Source: an uncultured bacterium
GTDB lineage: Bacteria; Krumholzibacteriota; Krumholzibacteriia; Krumholzibacteriales; Krumholzibacteriaceae
Assembly: GCA_963786935.1 (NCBI GenBank)
Contig: CAWBAN010000004.1
Coordinates: 1-64,000 of the forward strand
Length of the DNA stretch: 64,000 nucleotides
Reading direction: 5' to 3'
Positions 1 through 9,799 of this stretch are shown piece by piece (positions within the stretch are counted from its first letter, which is position 1; each line of letters starts with the position of its first letter). Under the pieces are notes generated by a model. It searched no databases. It had not been told where the DNA came from and saw only the letters and a list, made by a program, of their open reading frames with translations. The translations under genes and the position numbers were made by a program.

Positions 1-470
1 GACTATGACCCTCAGCGTGGGAAATCACGGGGGCTCGAGCATCGACAACGTCGTGTGGTTCGAAGAGCACGATATGTGGTACTCGCCAGGCTCGATCTGG
101 TGGAATGGCTTTGGAGTGGGAAAGCCGAAGAGAAAGCGCTCCCACAGTCTGTCAGATCAACTTCCCGGAATGGGGAATAAGCAGGCATCAAGGTGAAAAA
201 TCGGTCGAGGACGATGACGGACGCGTGTTTATCGTTCATCGAGGCACAATCGGCGGCAGCAGGAAGGGAATTGGGAAGAAGGGATTCATGAAGTCCTACA
301 GGGGCGAGTTCGCTACGGTTGCCGATGGAGGCCGCGAGACAAAGGTCATCTTGGTCACTTCAGCAGATAGAAAGTCTTTCCTTAAGGAGCTGAGCCGTTT
401 TGTCCAGGAGGTTCCCGATACAAGAAAAGCGGCAGCAAGCAGTCGTTCTCCGGAAAGTGGCTTCAAGTAG
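1..470 (+). CDS. Hypothetical protein, probably 5'-partial and frameshifted (ORFs 5-196 and 105-470 likely one gene)
   Basis: Overlapping ORFs join into one plausible protein (WWNGFGVGKP / VCQINFP...VFIVHRGTIGGSRKGIGK). Lies in the low-GC island. Confidence 0.45.
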
Positions 471-487
471 AAAGGGCAGGTGAGGAT

Positions 488-700
488 ATGCCGTGGCTGA
501 ACGTGGACATACCGCTTCGGAGCTGCACGTATCACTCAGACGAGGGCTGCCGTTTCGTGATGGATAAAAGCGGAACAGCCCTAAAGGGCATCGATGAGTT
601 CAAGAGAGATGGTGGTTGGATGGAGTTTGGCAGCCAGCTTGAAGCGAGAAGGTTTTTCAAGGAGCACTTCGGCGATTTCAAACTAATCAATCACTGCTGA
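488..700 (+). CDS. Small hypothetical protein (70 aa)
   Basis: RBS GAGGA before the ATG; globular-looking sequence with Cys/His (CTYH...C) and RDGGW. Confidence 0.55.
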   Translation: MPWLNVDIPLRSCTYHSDEGCRFVMDKSGTALKGIDEFKRDGGWMEFGSQLEARRFFKEHFGDFKLINHC

Positions 701-752
701 CGATAACCTCATCAGCGCCCCACTGTGTCAGCGAGGCTCTCGCGCTGGTTCT

Positions 753-1495
753 CTAATCGATGTTGACGTAGGAGACAGGGTTCTGGCTGCCTTGGCTGAA
801 GAGATGCCCGACGTAGTGATTGATGTAGCGTCGCCGCACCTCGTCCTCCGCGAGAACCCCAACGAACTCCCAGCGCCCGTTCTCTCGCCAAGGTTCCTCG
901 ACCCAGCGGGTGTTTAGAGTAGAGCCGCCCGGGAACCACTCCGTAATTCGGTAGACTTCTCGGACTACCCCTTCGAAGACGGCGAATGCATATTGCGCCT
1001 TCTCGCGCCGCTCTCCGAGCTTCCATGAACTGCGGGTGGCATCGTAAGCTCTAGGGGGTTCATTCCGTACTCGTAGAGTTGATTAATGCGGATCAGGATC
1101 GCGGGCTCCTTGATCTTTGCACGCTGGCGAGTGTATTGAGCTACAATCTCGCGGATAGGATCGCGCCCAAATTGGCACCTACGCAGCCTCGCACGACGTT
1201 GGCAAGACCCGCTTTGCCGAGGGCATTAATGACGGCAGCCTCGACCTGCAGTGCGATTTCCGCACTTGGTAGCCCGTGAGCAAGAATCTCGATATTTGGC
1301 TCTGCGCCCGCGGCTCTAATCGATCGGATCATCTTCGCGACCTTGCGATTATGCGTATCGGTGAGATGCGAGAGCGCTCGTGTGCCCTTCCCCTTTTCCC
1401 ACATAAAAGATTGAATGGTCGAGCGGGTTGACGTACAAGTAGACATCGTACCGAAGCTTCCTCGCCACAGACGCTGGGATTTTCAGTGTATCCAT
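753..1495 (-). CDS. GIY-YIG (LEM-3/COG3410-like) nuclease, frameshifted
   Basis: Fragments across frames: YDVYLYVNPLDHSIFYVGKG, RALSHL, EILAHGL, ALQVEAAVI, LANVVRG, and C-terminus RWEFVG...GSQNPVSYVNID*. RBS AGGAG upstream. Confidence 0.7.
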
Positions 1496-1709
1496 ATGGA
1501 ATCTCCTGTTCTTCCGGTGACCTTCGCGCGCGTGTGCCGGTGGCACTGCAGGATGAGCGCCATGACCTCGGCGTCGTCGCCTTCGACGGTCGTCTGCATG
1601 GCGCCGAGCTTGTACGTGAGCCCCGACCTGTCGATGATGTCGAGGGGACGAAGTGCTTCGCGAGGGATTCGCCGACGCCGATTGGGGAGATAGAGAAACT
1701 GGCGAGCAT
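1483..1709 (-). pseudogene. MTH1187/YkoF-like thiamine-binding protein, frameshifted and 3'-truncated
   Basis: MLASFSISPIGVGESLAK + LDIIDRSGLTYKLGAMQTTVEGD..EVMALI..CH is the family signature; the usual C-terminal ...IDDR part is missing. Confidence 0.7.
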
Positions 1710-1887
1710 GGATAGGTAACTCCTCTGGTTCTGGAGCCTTGGAATTGCAGTTGATTAGACCTGCCACTTAATTGTAACATATGGTGGCCCAGCGGAAAAT
1801 AGGCAGTTCAATAGTGGAGCTAGGTGCTGCCGGATTGGCCCGATGGTGCTGGGTATTCTGCTCCGCTAAACCCTGGTTGGGAGGAAT

Positions 1888-2335
1888 ATGTTGAACGCCC
1901 GAGCAACATCAGAAGCTGGTGTGCAATGCGTTGCCCTAAAGTTGCTTTCCATGGGTGCCCGGATATATCTGAAGAAGGCTGGCAACAAGACCACTATTGT
2001 GGCGAGCAGGATAGACGGCTCGGGAACGTTTTATATATCGACGAGAGCAAGATCAACGGGCGATTGGCAAACGTCTATAAAGTATGGGAGTATCGCAAGC
2101 GCACAACATGACGATAACAGTTTTTGGGTTTTCGTTGATCTCTCGCGTGAATCTCCGTGCTTCTATATTGGTTCAAGAAAAATGGATAGCGAAGGACATC
2201 TTTGATACTCATCAAGCCTGTTTCGCGAAACATGGAGGCAAAAGGAGTCGGAATGACAGTTCGTTACATCATGCCATAGCCCTTGATCGAATACACCAGT
2301 GGCGTGATCCATGGGATCAGTTGGGCATTGAGTGA
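1888..2335 (+). CDS. Hypothetical protein, possible PD-(D/E)xK-like fold, frameshifted near 2170
   Basis: ORFs 1888-2205 and 2084-2335 join at ...PCFYI/VQEKWIAKDI. N-terminal 'EAGVQCVALKLLSMG' helix is restriction-endonuclease-like (weak). Confidence 0.4.
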
Positions 2336-2418
2336 TGGTTCGAGAAGTATCAGTGCAATGAGGTTGGCTGACCGCTACGAATTACCTGGGCGGCCATATC
2401 GCAAAACATGGAGGAACC

Positions 2419-3318
2419 ATGGCAGTACCGGAGTTTCAATCATTTTCAGACCGCTATTGGAAATAGCTGCGGACGGGCAGGAGCACTCCCTCCAAGAAGC
2501 GAGAGAGAGCCTCGCAAGCAGCATGAAGTTAACGCAAGGAGATCTCTGAGGGGCTGCCAAGCGGGACCCAAACGAATTTTATAATCGCGTGGCCTGGGCG
2601 GAGAGCTATTTAGTTCAGGCGAAAGTGCTGGAAAGCGCTGCCGGAATAATTTCAGATAACCGAGCGAGGCAGAGGGCTGTTAAAGCAGGGGCATTCGCGG
2701 ATCAGTATCGACGTCTTGAACCAGTACCCCGAGTTTGTTGAGTTTCATACACCAAAACCGGAGGAGTCGGGAACCGATGCCCCGGGGGAAAGCCCGTTGG
2801 TAAGTTTCTCGGGAAAAACTTCTTCAGCATGCGTATCAGAGCATTAGAAACGATCTCGTAAGTAACCTCCTGGCTCGAGTGAAAGCCAATTCGGCGGAGT
2901 TCTTTGAACACCTGGTGATCGATCTAATGTGTCCATGGGATAGGGGGCAGCATCGCGGATGCGGGACGATCCATTGGCCACGTGGGCGATGAGGGTTTAG
3001 ACGGATAATCAAAGAGGATAGGCTGGGGATGGATGTGATCTATCTTCAGGCAAAGAAATGGGAGGGAACGGTTGGGCACCCGGAGATTCAGAAATTTGTG
3101 GGGGCCCTTCACCACAAGCGCGCCCGAAAGGGCGTCTCTATTACAACGGGCAGGTTTCCGGACGACGCTATCGGTTATGTTGAATCCATTGACCCCAGGG
3201 TCATTCTCATAGATGGTAGAGATCTGGCAAATTATATGATCGACTTCAATCTCGGAGTTCGAAGAGTGAAGCCTATGAGGTGAAGCGAGTCGATTCGGAC
3301 TACTTCGCCGAAGAATAG
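2419..3318 (+). CDS. mrr: Mrr type IV restriction endonuclease, multiply frameshifted
   Basis: RBS GGAGG; MAVPEFQ..RPLLEIAADGQEH, NRVAWA (Mrr_N); GDEGLDGIIKEDRLGMDVIYLQAKKW...EIQKFVGAL...LIDG; ends KRVDSDYFAEE*. Confidence 0.9.
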
Positions 3319-3414
3319 GCGACTAATTCTCTTGGAACGCCAGCCAATGTCTTGGGCATACCGGAGAATACGGGCTTGGACAGTGTTGCGTTCATCTGGC
3401 TTGGGCAGCTTCTT

Positions 3415-5289
3415 TTACTCATTCTCGAACTTGAAGAGCGTCTTCAGCATATCAACCATAGCGTCATTTCTGGCCTTATATGCCTGAACTTCCATTTGTC
3501 GTAAGTCGCCAGCGTCAACATTCTGCCATCCAGGGTAAAAGGTATATTCTTCAGAGCCAACCCATTTTTATAGCCAATGTGGATTGGCGTTCCAAATACA
3601 TTGCAAGAACTTTTGCTTGTTTCTTTTCAAAGGACTGATTCAATAACCTAGAATTATAGCCACTCAGTGTAAGATTACCCAAACAATGCACCCATTCGCC
3701 CTGTATTTTTTTCGCCTCTTCCTCTAACCGTTAGATATCATCTCACCCACTCAAGGATATTCTTCCCCTGCGGAAAGGCACTATCGACAGTCCATACATA
3801 CAACCCCTTTTCGTTGCGGTCCCACAAGTTTGGAGCGTATTCTCTGGTGTGACCGCTTTCGTCCAGTTTGGCGAGGGCATACCTCGCGCTGTATTCGTTG
3901 TTGTCGAATAAATTATCTGCAAGCATGTTTTTCAGTCTCTCAAGAAGGGCAGGCAGTCCCTTTCCAGTAAGTATTGTCTGCACGATGAAAGAATATTTCA
4001 ACTCTCCAACTTCGTTCAACTCTTCTAGACATCTTTCGACCAAATCAATATTGATGCTGTCCAAATCTCTTGTATTGGGATAATCGACAACATTGCGGCA
4101 GAATAATATTTGCATAATAACACCACTGTCCTATCCTTCATATTTGGCTCGGCAAACACATCCTCTGGTAGCGAAAACAAATATGTAAGAACGATAAAAA
4201 GGCGCCGCAATTATGCGTTCAAGGTCTAAGAGCGTCGTATTAAGCCCAGACGCCGGGTATTTCTCAGGCTCAAGAAATCGATTGTAGCTTTCTGCCTTTC
4301 ATTGAGTTCTTGGAGAATATAATTGGCATCCTTCTTAATTAATGATCCATCGATGGCGATGACAGTAGAACTTGTGGCACGCGTATCTTTCGATCTTGAT
4401 TCTTGTGTCGAACTTAAATGCGTTATAGAACTGCCGCAAGAATCGGTCTTGGTCCCTGTCTTCCGGCAAATTTCCCAGCAGTTTCCACCATTGGTCGAAA
4501 GAGTCTTCAATCGCCACCCCATGTTTGCTTTCAAGCGTTGCAAGCATTTCATTCTTAATGATGTCGATCGCCGATAGCGGAACCCCCCGGTAGTTCAGTG
4601 TCTCAAACAGCATGAAGGCTTCCGATTGGCTGGCTTCCGTAATATGGATGAAGGATAATGCATATACCCAATCGAGCAATTCATATAACTTGGTTAATTC
4701 AGAAGGAATATGCTGGTGAAAATAGTAATACGCTTTATAAATCCTTCTGACTCCCAAATACCTTGGGGATACATTAGGCAAAACACCAATTTCCCTTAGA
4801 ATATATTGATAATCGTCGAGGTTATTATCCTGCGTAGACAGTTGCACCTTCAGACAATAGGATAGCGAATCTGATTTGAATATCCCCAAGGTAGGTTATG
4901 GTGTATGTCCATATGAATTTGCTTTATCGATCTCTTCTTTATGCTGTTCCGCTTGACGATGAAATCCTCATCATCCTTGAGCGGGGTTGGTCGCTCGGGA
5001 TTACCAACTTAGCATAAATCACAGCAACAGCGACAAGGTGGTCAGCCTCTGTTGTCCATCGACAACTTCATAGATGAATTCGGGTTGTTGGCGAATATTC
5101 TTGTGCATCATGAACGCAAATTACCGACCCCATGTAATGCCCGGGGTCGTTGTCGTAGATATCTTCCAGCAACTTGCTCCAGTTGTATTTTCCCCACACA
5201 TATTGGCGTTGAAATCGGGGAATTTGATAATGCCATTGGTTCCCTTCGATGGCGATTAAGGATGCGAGGGTGTTTTCACTCGGTTTCAT
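3415..5289 (-). CDS. GmrSD-family type IV restriction endonuclease (DUF262 + DUF1524), multiply frameshifted
   Basis: YQIPRFQRQYVW, VVDGQQRLTTL and FETLNYRGVPL (DUF262). WTVDSAFPQ (canonical EH replaced by DS) and HCLGNLTLSGYNS (DUF1524 HNH-like). RBS AAGGAG. Confidence 0.88.
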
Positions 5290-5330
5290 TGGGCATCTCC
5301 TTATGACGAAAGGCCACGGCAGGAATCTAG

Positions 5331-6480
5331 TCAACTTAAAGTACTGGTAGCCTTGGGCAAAGTGAAAGAGTGAGGTTTGGGGCGCAGTTTCTTGAGCCTC
5401 TTAAAGAATGCAGAGATCGCAACGGCTGATTGATCTATCCCTATCCAGTGCCTCCCCAGCTGATGGGCAGCCAAAAGCGTTGTCCCGGAGCCGCAGAAAC
5501 AATCCAGAACAGTATCGCCAGGTTTAGGAGGCATCAATGATGGTTTTAAGAAGGTCAAGATTTTTTTCGGTGGGGTAGTCGGGGTAGGGGCCATCCTTGA
5601 AATTCCAGATATCCGTAATCTCTTTCCCCCCCTGATCTTCTCCTCTGCGTAAATAATTCTTCTGGGGTTACCGGTCGATGACCATTCTATCAGTCCTTGC
5701 TTATCAAGCTCGTCAAATAGCGAAGGGGCGCATCTCCAGTGTCTTCCTTGGGGGGTAGCATCCCTCGCCAGGGTTTGCCGGTCTCGCCATTTCTTGTCTC
5801 CCCAGGGGCGTGAAGAGGGATTGTCGTGTAGTGTCTACCGTTCTTGTCGACCTTTCGGCAAAGAGCCTCGGCGTCGTCGTAAGTCATTGGCTCTTTCGGA
5901 TCATTCCAGGTGAAGTGATCAGTCTTTCAAATCAAGAGAACCATATCCTTGATGTTACCGAAGCCGCGGCGCTTGAAATTCTTCGGGTTGCACTTAATCC
6001 GTGTTATGTCATTACGAAAATTCTTCCCGCCGAATACCTCGTCCATAATTACCTCAAATCGTGACCAGTCTTGGCGTCGATGTGGACATAAATCGACCCG
6101 TCGTCTACCAAGATCACGCAGTAGAATTAACCTTTCGCGGAGGAACTCGAGAAACGGATACCCCGTTAGATTGTCGAAGTAGGCTACTGGGTCCGAATAC
6201 CCTGGACTAATTGTAGAGGTCCTGGTTTCGCCGGACCTGAAGGTGTTGTTTGTAGAGGGGGGATGAGATAGACCAAATCGACCTTCCCTCGAAGGCAATA
6301 ATCTTCGAGCAGAGTCTTTAGGACCGGCATGTTGTCGCCCTCAATGATCATGTTGGGGGATGGATTCTCGGGGCCGATGGTTTTCTTCAGATGAAGCTTG
6401 GCGAGGGGCGTGCCCCGAATAATCTCGTCTTGATCCCTCTTCCCGGGATAGGCAAGCACCATATTCTCTGTTCTGTTCAT
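5331..6480 (-). CDS. Amino-(N6/N4) DNA methyltransferase, beta class, partner of the adjacent REase; multiply frameshifted
   Basis: IEGDN, KVDLVYL[D]PP, FLEFLRERLILL, NFRNDITRIKCNPKNF, YPTEK, VLDCFCGSGTTLLAA..LGRHWIGIDQS. Confidence 0.88.
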
Positions 6481-6520
6481 AGCGCTTGTGGCTTATGTTG
6501 ATTGGTCCAAAGCAACGATT

Positions 6521-7300
6521 CTATATGCTATACAAGAACTCTCGAAGCACCAAGCAGCTCAGAATGTTGTGCTTCGGGTTATCCTTCAAATAATTGTACA
6601 TCTTCGTATCGCCCTTGATGTACAAAACCCCATCAAGTATCCCGACCTTCACTGCCTTAATGGTTGAGTCGTTCAGGAGATTCTTGGCATCCTCAAACTG
6701 TGCGTTTTGGTGCCCGCCAAAATCGGTCAGAAATTTCGCTTCGCCGGCAACATACTTCCGATTAAACCGGGCCAAGAAATCAATTCCCTTTTCTCCCTTG
6801 TACCCAAGGCGCGCGATGGCAAACTCCTTAAGCTGTTGGTCTCCACCATCAAGGATTGCGTTGTCAGGCGTGGCCAAGAAATCACATTCTGCCAAAACCT
6901 TAACTCCAAGAGTCTCGCGGTGAAGCCATCTTCTGAAAAGCGGCCCGATCTGTCGATTCGTTTCTTTGGGCTCCGAACATTTCTCCCAAATTTCGTTGAG
7001 CCCCATCTCCTTCAAACGACCGTACAGTCTACTTGCCGTCCCTGGATTTCGCGCCAATGAACCTGGGTCTCTCCTAAGGTATGCAACATAGGAATCCTTG
7101 ATTGGGAAGAGACCGAGCGATAGGAGCCCCTTCAATAGGCCCTCCTTGTCCTCGCGGTCAAAGGACTTTTTGATCTCCTTCCACTTGGCGCTGTCAATCT
7201 CTCGAATGCCCTCTGGAATAGTTGGGTAGACAGTAAAGAGCTGGTCCAGGTAGTTTCGCTGGTTCGCGAAATCGACACTTAATTGCGTCCAATGATTCAT
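6521..7300 (-). CDS. Type II restriction endonuclease, Tsp45I-like family (GTSAC-type), intact
   Basis: FANQRNYLDQL, FPIKDSYVAYL, EPKETNRQIGPLF, KGIDF...GEAKFLTDFGGHQNAQ (D...EAK catalytic motif); directly upstream of the MTase. Confidence 0.8.
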   Translation of the reverse strand: MNHWTQLSVDFANQRNYLDQLFTVYPTIPEGIREIDSAKWKEIKKSFDREDKEGLLKGLLSLGLFPIKDSYVAYLRRDPGSLARNPGTASRLYGRLKEMGLNEIWEKCSEPKETNRQIGPLFRRWLHRETLGVKVLAECDFLATPDNAILDGGDQQLKEFAIARLGYKGEKGIDFLARFNRKYVAGEAKFLTDFGGHQNAQFEDAKNLLNDSTIKAVKVGILDGVLYIKGDTKMYNYLKDNPKHNILSCLVLREFLYSI

Positions 7301-7627
7301 TGTCATTGACGTGCCCTTCGCTCTCGAAATGAGATAGAAGATCAAACCACGTTATGGAAATGAAGCAGACCTCTTTTCCGACTCAGGCTACCCCGCACAG
7401 GGTGGACTATCAAACATTGGAACCCTAAATCGACTTTCGGCTGGACTGATAGTAGCTTGGTCTATTGAGAGTTTCAAGAAGAAATCAGGATGCAACTGGA
7501 TTGATTTGCGGTGTCAATTGAATGAGAAGGGCCGAACCGCTCAGGGGGTACTCCCGCTTTTTCTCCGGCACCGCGATTTCCATGCGAAATGCAGACCTTG
7601 TAGTGCGACCTACAATTGGCGATGTTC

Positions 7628-9184
7628 TTATTTCCTCCCGACCAAGTTCTGCATCTTCTGGCTCACCGGCAGGGCCCCGCCCCCGTAGTTCGAGAGCACG
7701 GCCACCGTGTATCCCGCGTCGAGGTACATCAGGAAGTCGGCGCTGATGCCGTTGAAGCCGCCGCCGTGGCCCACGGCCCGGCCGACGGGAGTCTCCATAA
7801 TCGCGAAGCCGTAGCCGTAATCCGGCGAATTCTTCTCCGGGTGCGCGCGCCACATTCTATCGAGCATCGCCTTCGAGACGAGCTTGCCCGAGCGGAGCGC
7901 GCGGTCGAAGGCGAGGAGATCCTCGACGGTCGTGTAGCCGCCCCCCGCGGGGCCGCCGCGCAGCACGTGCTGGAAGACGTTGTTGCGGTAGCGGACGCCC
8001 TTCGGCCCCTGCTCCTTCTCGTAGCCGACGGCGAGGTTCTCGTTCACGAGGTCGAGCTCGTAGCAGTCGGTGTTCTTCATCCCGGCCGGGCCCGTTACGT
8101 GCGCCCGGACGTAGTCGAAGTAGCTCTCCCCGCTCGCCTTCTCGACGATCGCGCCGAGAAGCAGCATTCCCGTGTTGCTGTACTGCCACTGCGTTCCGGG
8201 CTCGAAGGCGAGCGTGTCGCCGATGACGAGCGGCTTGTAGTCGTCGACCTTCCGGAAGAGGAGCCGCGAGCTCTTGTCGAACGTCTCGTTGAAATAGCTC
8301 CCGAGGCCCGAGGTGTGGGTGAGGAGCTGCTCGATCGTGACCTTGTCGAGGATCGGCTGCGCGAGCCAGCTCGTGTCGAGGTACTTCCCGATCTTGTCGT
8401 CCAGCTTGAGCTTCCCCGCGTCCACGAGCTGGGCGATCGAGACCGACGTGATCATCTTGTACATCGAGCCCGTGTTGAACTTCGTGTCGAGCCTCACGGG
8501 CATCATGCAGTCGCGGTTCGCGACGCCGACCGCCTTCGTGTAGATCGGCTTCCCGTCCTTCGCGAGGAGCACGGTGCCGCTGAACGCGTCGCGCGCCGCG
8601 AGGCGGTCGACGTATGCGCCGAGCTGTTTCGCGATCTCGGCGTCCGGGAGCGGCTTCTCGGGCGGCACGTCCGTCGGTATGCGGGCCGGGGCGAATCTGA
8701 AGCTCGCGACGCGGTAGGGCGCCGCCTCCTCGACGTCGACCACGACCGCCGCCCACGCCTCGCCGAGACGGTCCTTCAGGATAATCACGGCGTTCGTGGC
8801 CGGGCGCGGCGGGTCATAGGTGCGCACACCGTGGACGTCGAAGCCGTCGCTCCTCGCGCGGGCATCGGCGACGAACTGGAGGTGCTCCTCCATCGGCGCC
8901 ATGTCCCTGAATTTCTGCGTGCAATTCTGGAGAATGTAGGCGCGCACTTTCGCCGTGTCCCCCTTGTTCACGAGGTCGACGATCTCGAGCGCCCGTTTGC
9001 AGGCGGGCGTGTCGGGGATCTTCGCGCTGTCCTTGTACGCCGGCGCCTGCTGGGCGAGGGCGGGCGCGCCGATGAACGAGAAATGCGCGAAGGGCGCGAG
9101 CGGCGAGAGCGTCGCCAGAGGCGCGAGCGCCGCGGGGAGCATCATCGAAACCACGAGCACGAATGCGAGCCGGCTGATTCTCAT
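7628..9184 (-). CDS. Exported serine hydrolase (beta-lactamase class C/peptidase S12 family), copy 1
   Basis: Signal peptide; GSMYK (SxxK), LLTHTSG, YSN, GHGG; RBS GAGGAGG. Confidence 0.9.
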   Translation of the reverse strand: MRISRLAFVLVVSMMLPAALAPLATLSPLAPFAHFSFIGAPALAQQAPAYKDSAKIPDTPACKRALEIVDLVNKGDTAKVRAYILQNCTQKFRDMAPMEEHLQFVADARARSDGFDVHGVRTYDPPRPATNAVIILKDRLGEAWAAVVVDVEEAAPYRVASFRFAPARIPTDVPPEKPLPDAEIAKQLGAYVDRLAARDAFSGTVLLAKDGKPIYTKAVGVANRDCMMPVRLDTKFNTGSMYKMITSVSIAQLVDAGKLKLDDKIGKYLDTSWLAQPILDKVTIEQLLTHTSGLGSYFNETFDKSSRLLFRKVDDYKPLVIGDTLAFEPGTQWQYSNTGMLLLGAIVEKASGESYFDYVRAHVTGPAGMKNTDCYELDLVNENLAVGYEKEQGPKGVRYRNNVFQHVLRGGPAGGGYTTVEDLLAFDRALRSGKLVSKAMLDRMWRAHPEKNSPDYGYGFAIMETPVGRAVGHGGGFNGISADFLMYLDAGYTVAVLSNYGGGALPVSQKMQNLVGRK

Positions 9185-9361
9185 TATCATCCTCCTCGAG
9201 TGATAGACTGAGATGGTTATACACCGGCAGTCGGCCGAATTCGCCCGGGTGGATGCGGTTTTGAGGCGATATGTCGACGATTTCGACGCATCGATAGGCA
9301 TATGTCGAAATAGATCGAAAAAATCGACACGTTGTGAGTACGGGTCGATGCTGTCGACGTG

Positions 9362-9745
9362 TCACTTTGACAGCAGCAGATCGTACAGCCGGATATTGAG
9401 ATACAAGTTCGCGCGCCCTATCTTCTCGCTCCGAAGAATCCCGATCTTCTCCAATTCCCTCAGGTATTCAGCCGCCGTCTGGCGTTCGGCGATTCCCTCC
9501 TCGACCAGGAATTGCACTTTCGTGTACGGCTGCCGGAACAGAATCTCGACGAGCTCCTTCGAATATACTCGCGCCGGCAGCTCTCGTTTTGCGCGCTCGA
9601 GAGTCTCATCCAGCAAGCTCCGGATATCGAGAATCCGCTTCCGCGTGAAATCGGAGGTTTGCAGAACGCCTTCGAGCATATACATGACCCAGGCCTCCCA
9701 CTCGGCCTTTTCGGTCACGCTATGCAGAAGCCGATAGTAATCCGC
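9362..9745 (-). pseudogene. Fic/DOC family protein, 5'-truncated remnant (C-terminal helical + wHTH part only)
   Basis: ADYYRLL..VT....WEAWVMYMLEGV, YSKELVEILFRQPYTK, RQTAAEYLRELEKIGIL...KIGR..LYLN. No HPFxDGNGR motif; in-frame stop just upstream. Confidence 0.8.
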
Positions 9746-9799
9746 TTATGAACGCATTCGGACCGGCGACTCGTGGCATCGGATCGATTTGCTGCCGAT

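Noticed and set aside
2935..2950. In-frame TAG in mrr as stop-codon recoding
   Set aside because: ATG GGA TAG GGG GCA GC is explained by a 1-nt deletion from TAC GGG GGC AGC (MGYGGS); TAG is used as a normal stop elsewhere.
7345..7627. IS end or att site at the island's right boundary
   Set aside because: No transposase or integrase, and I found no direct or inverted repeat partner in the window.
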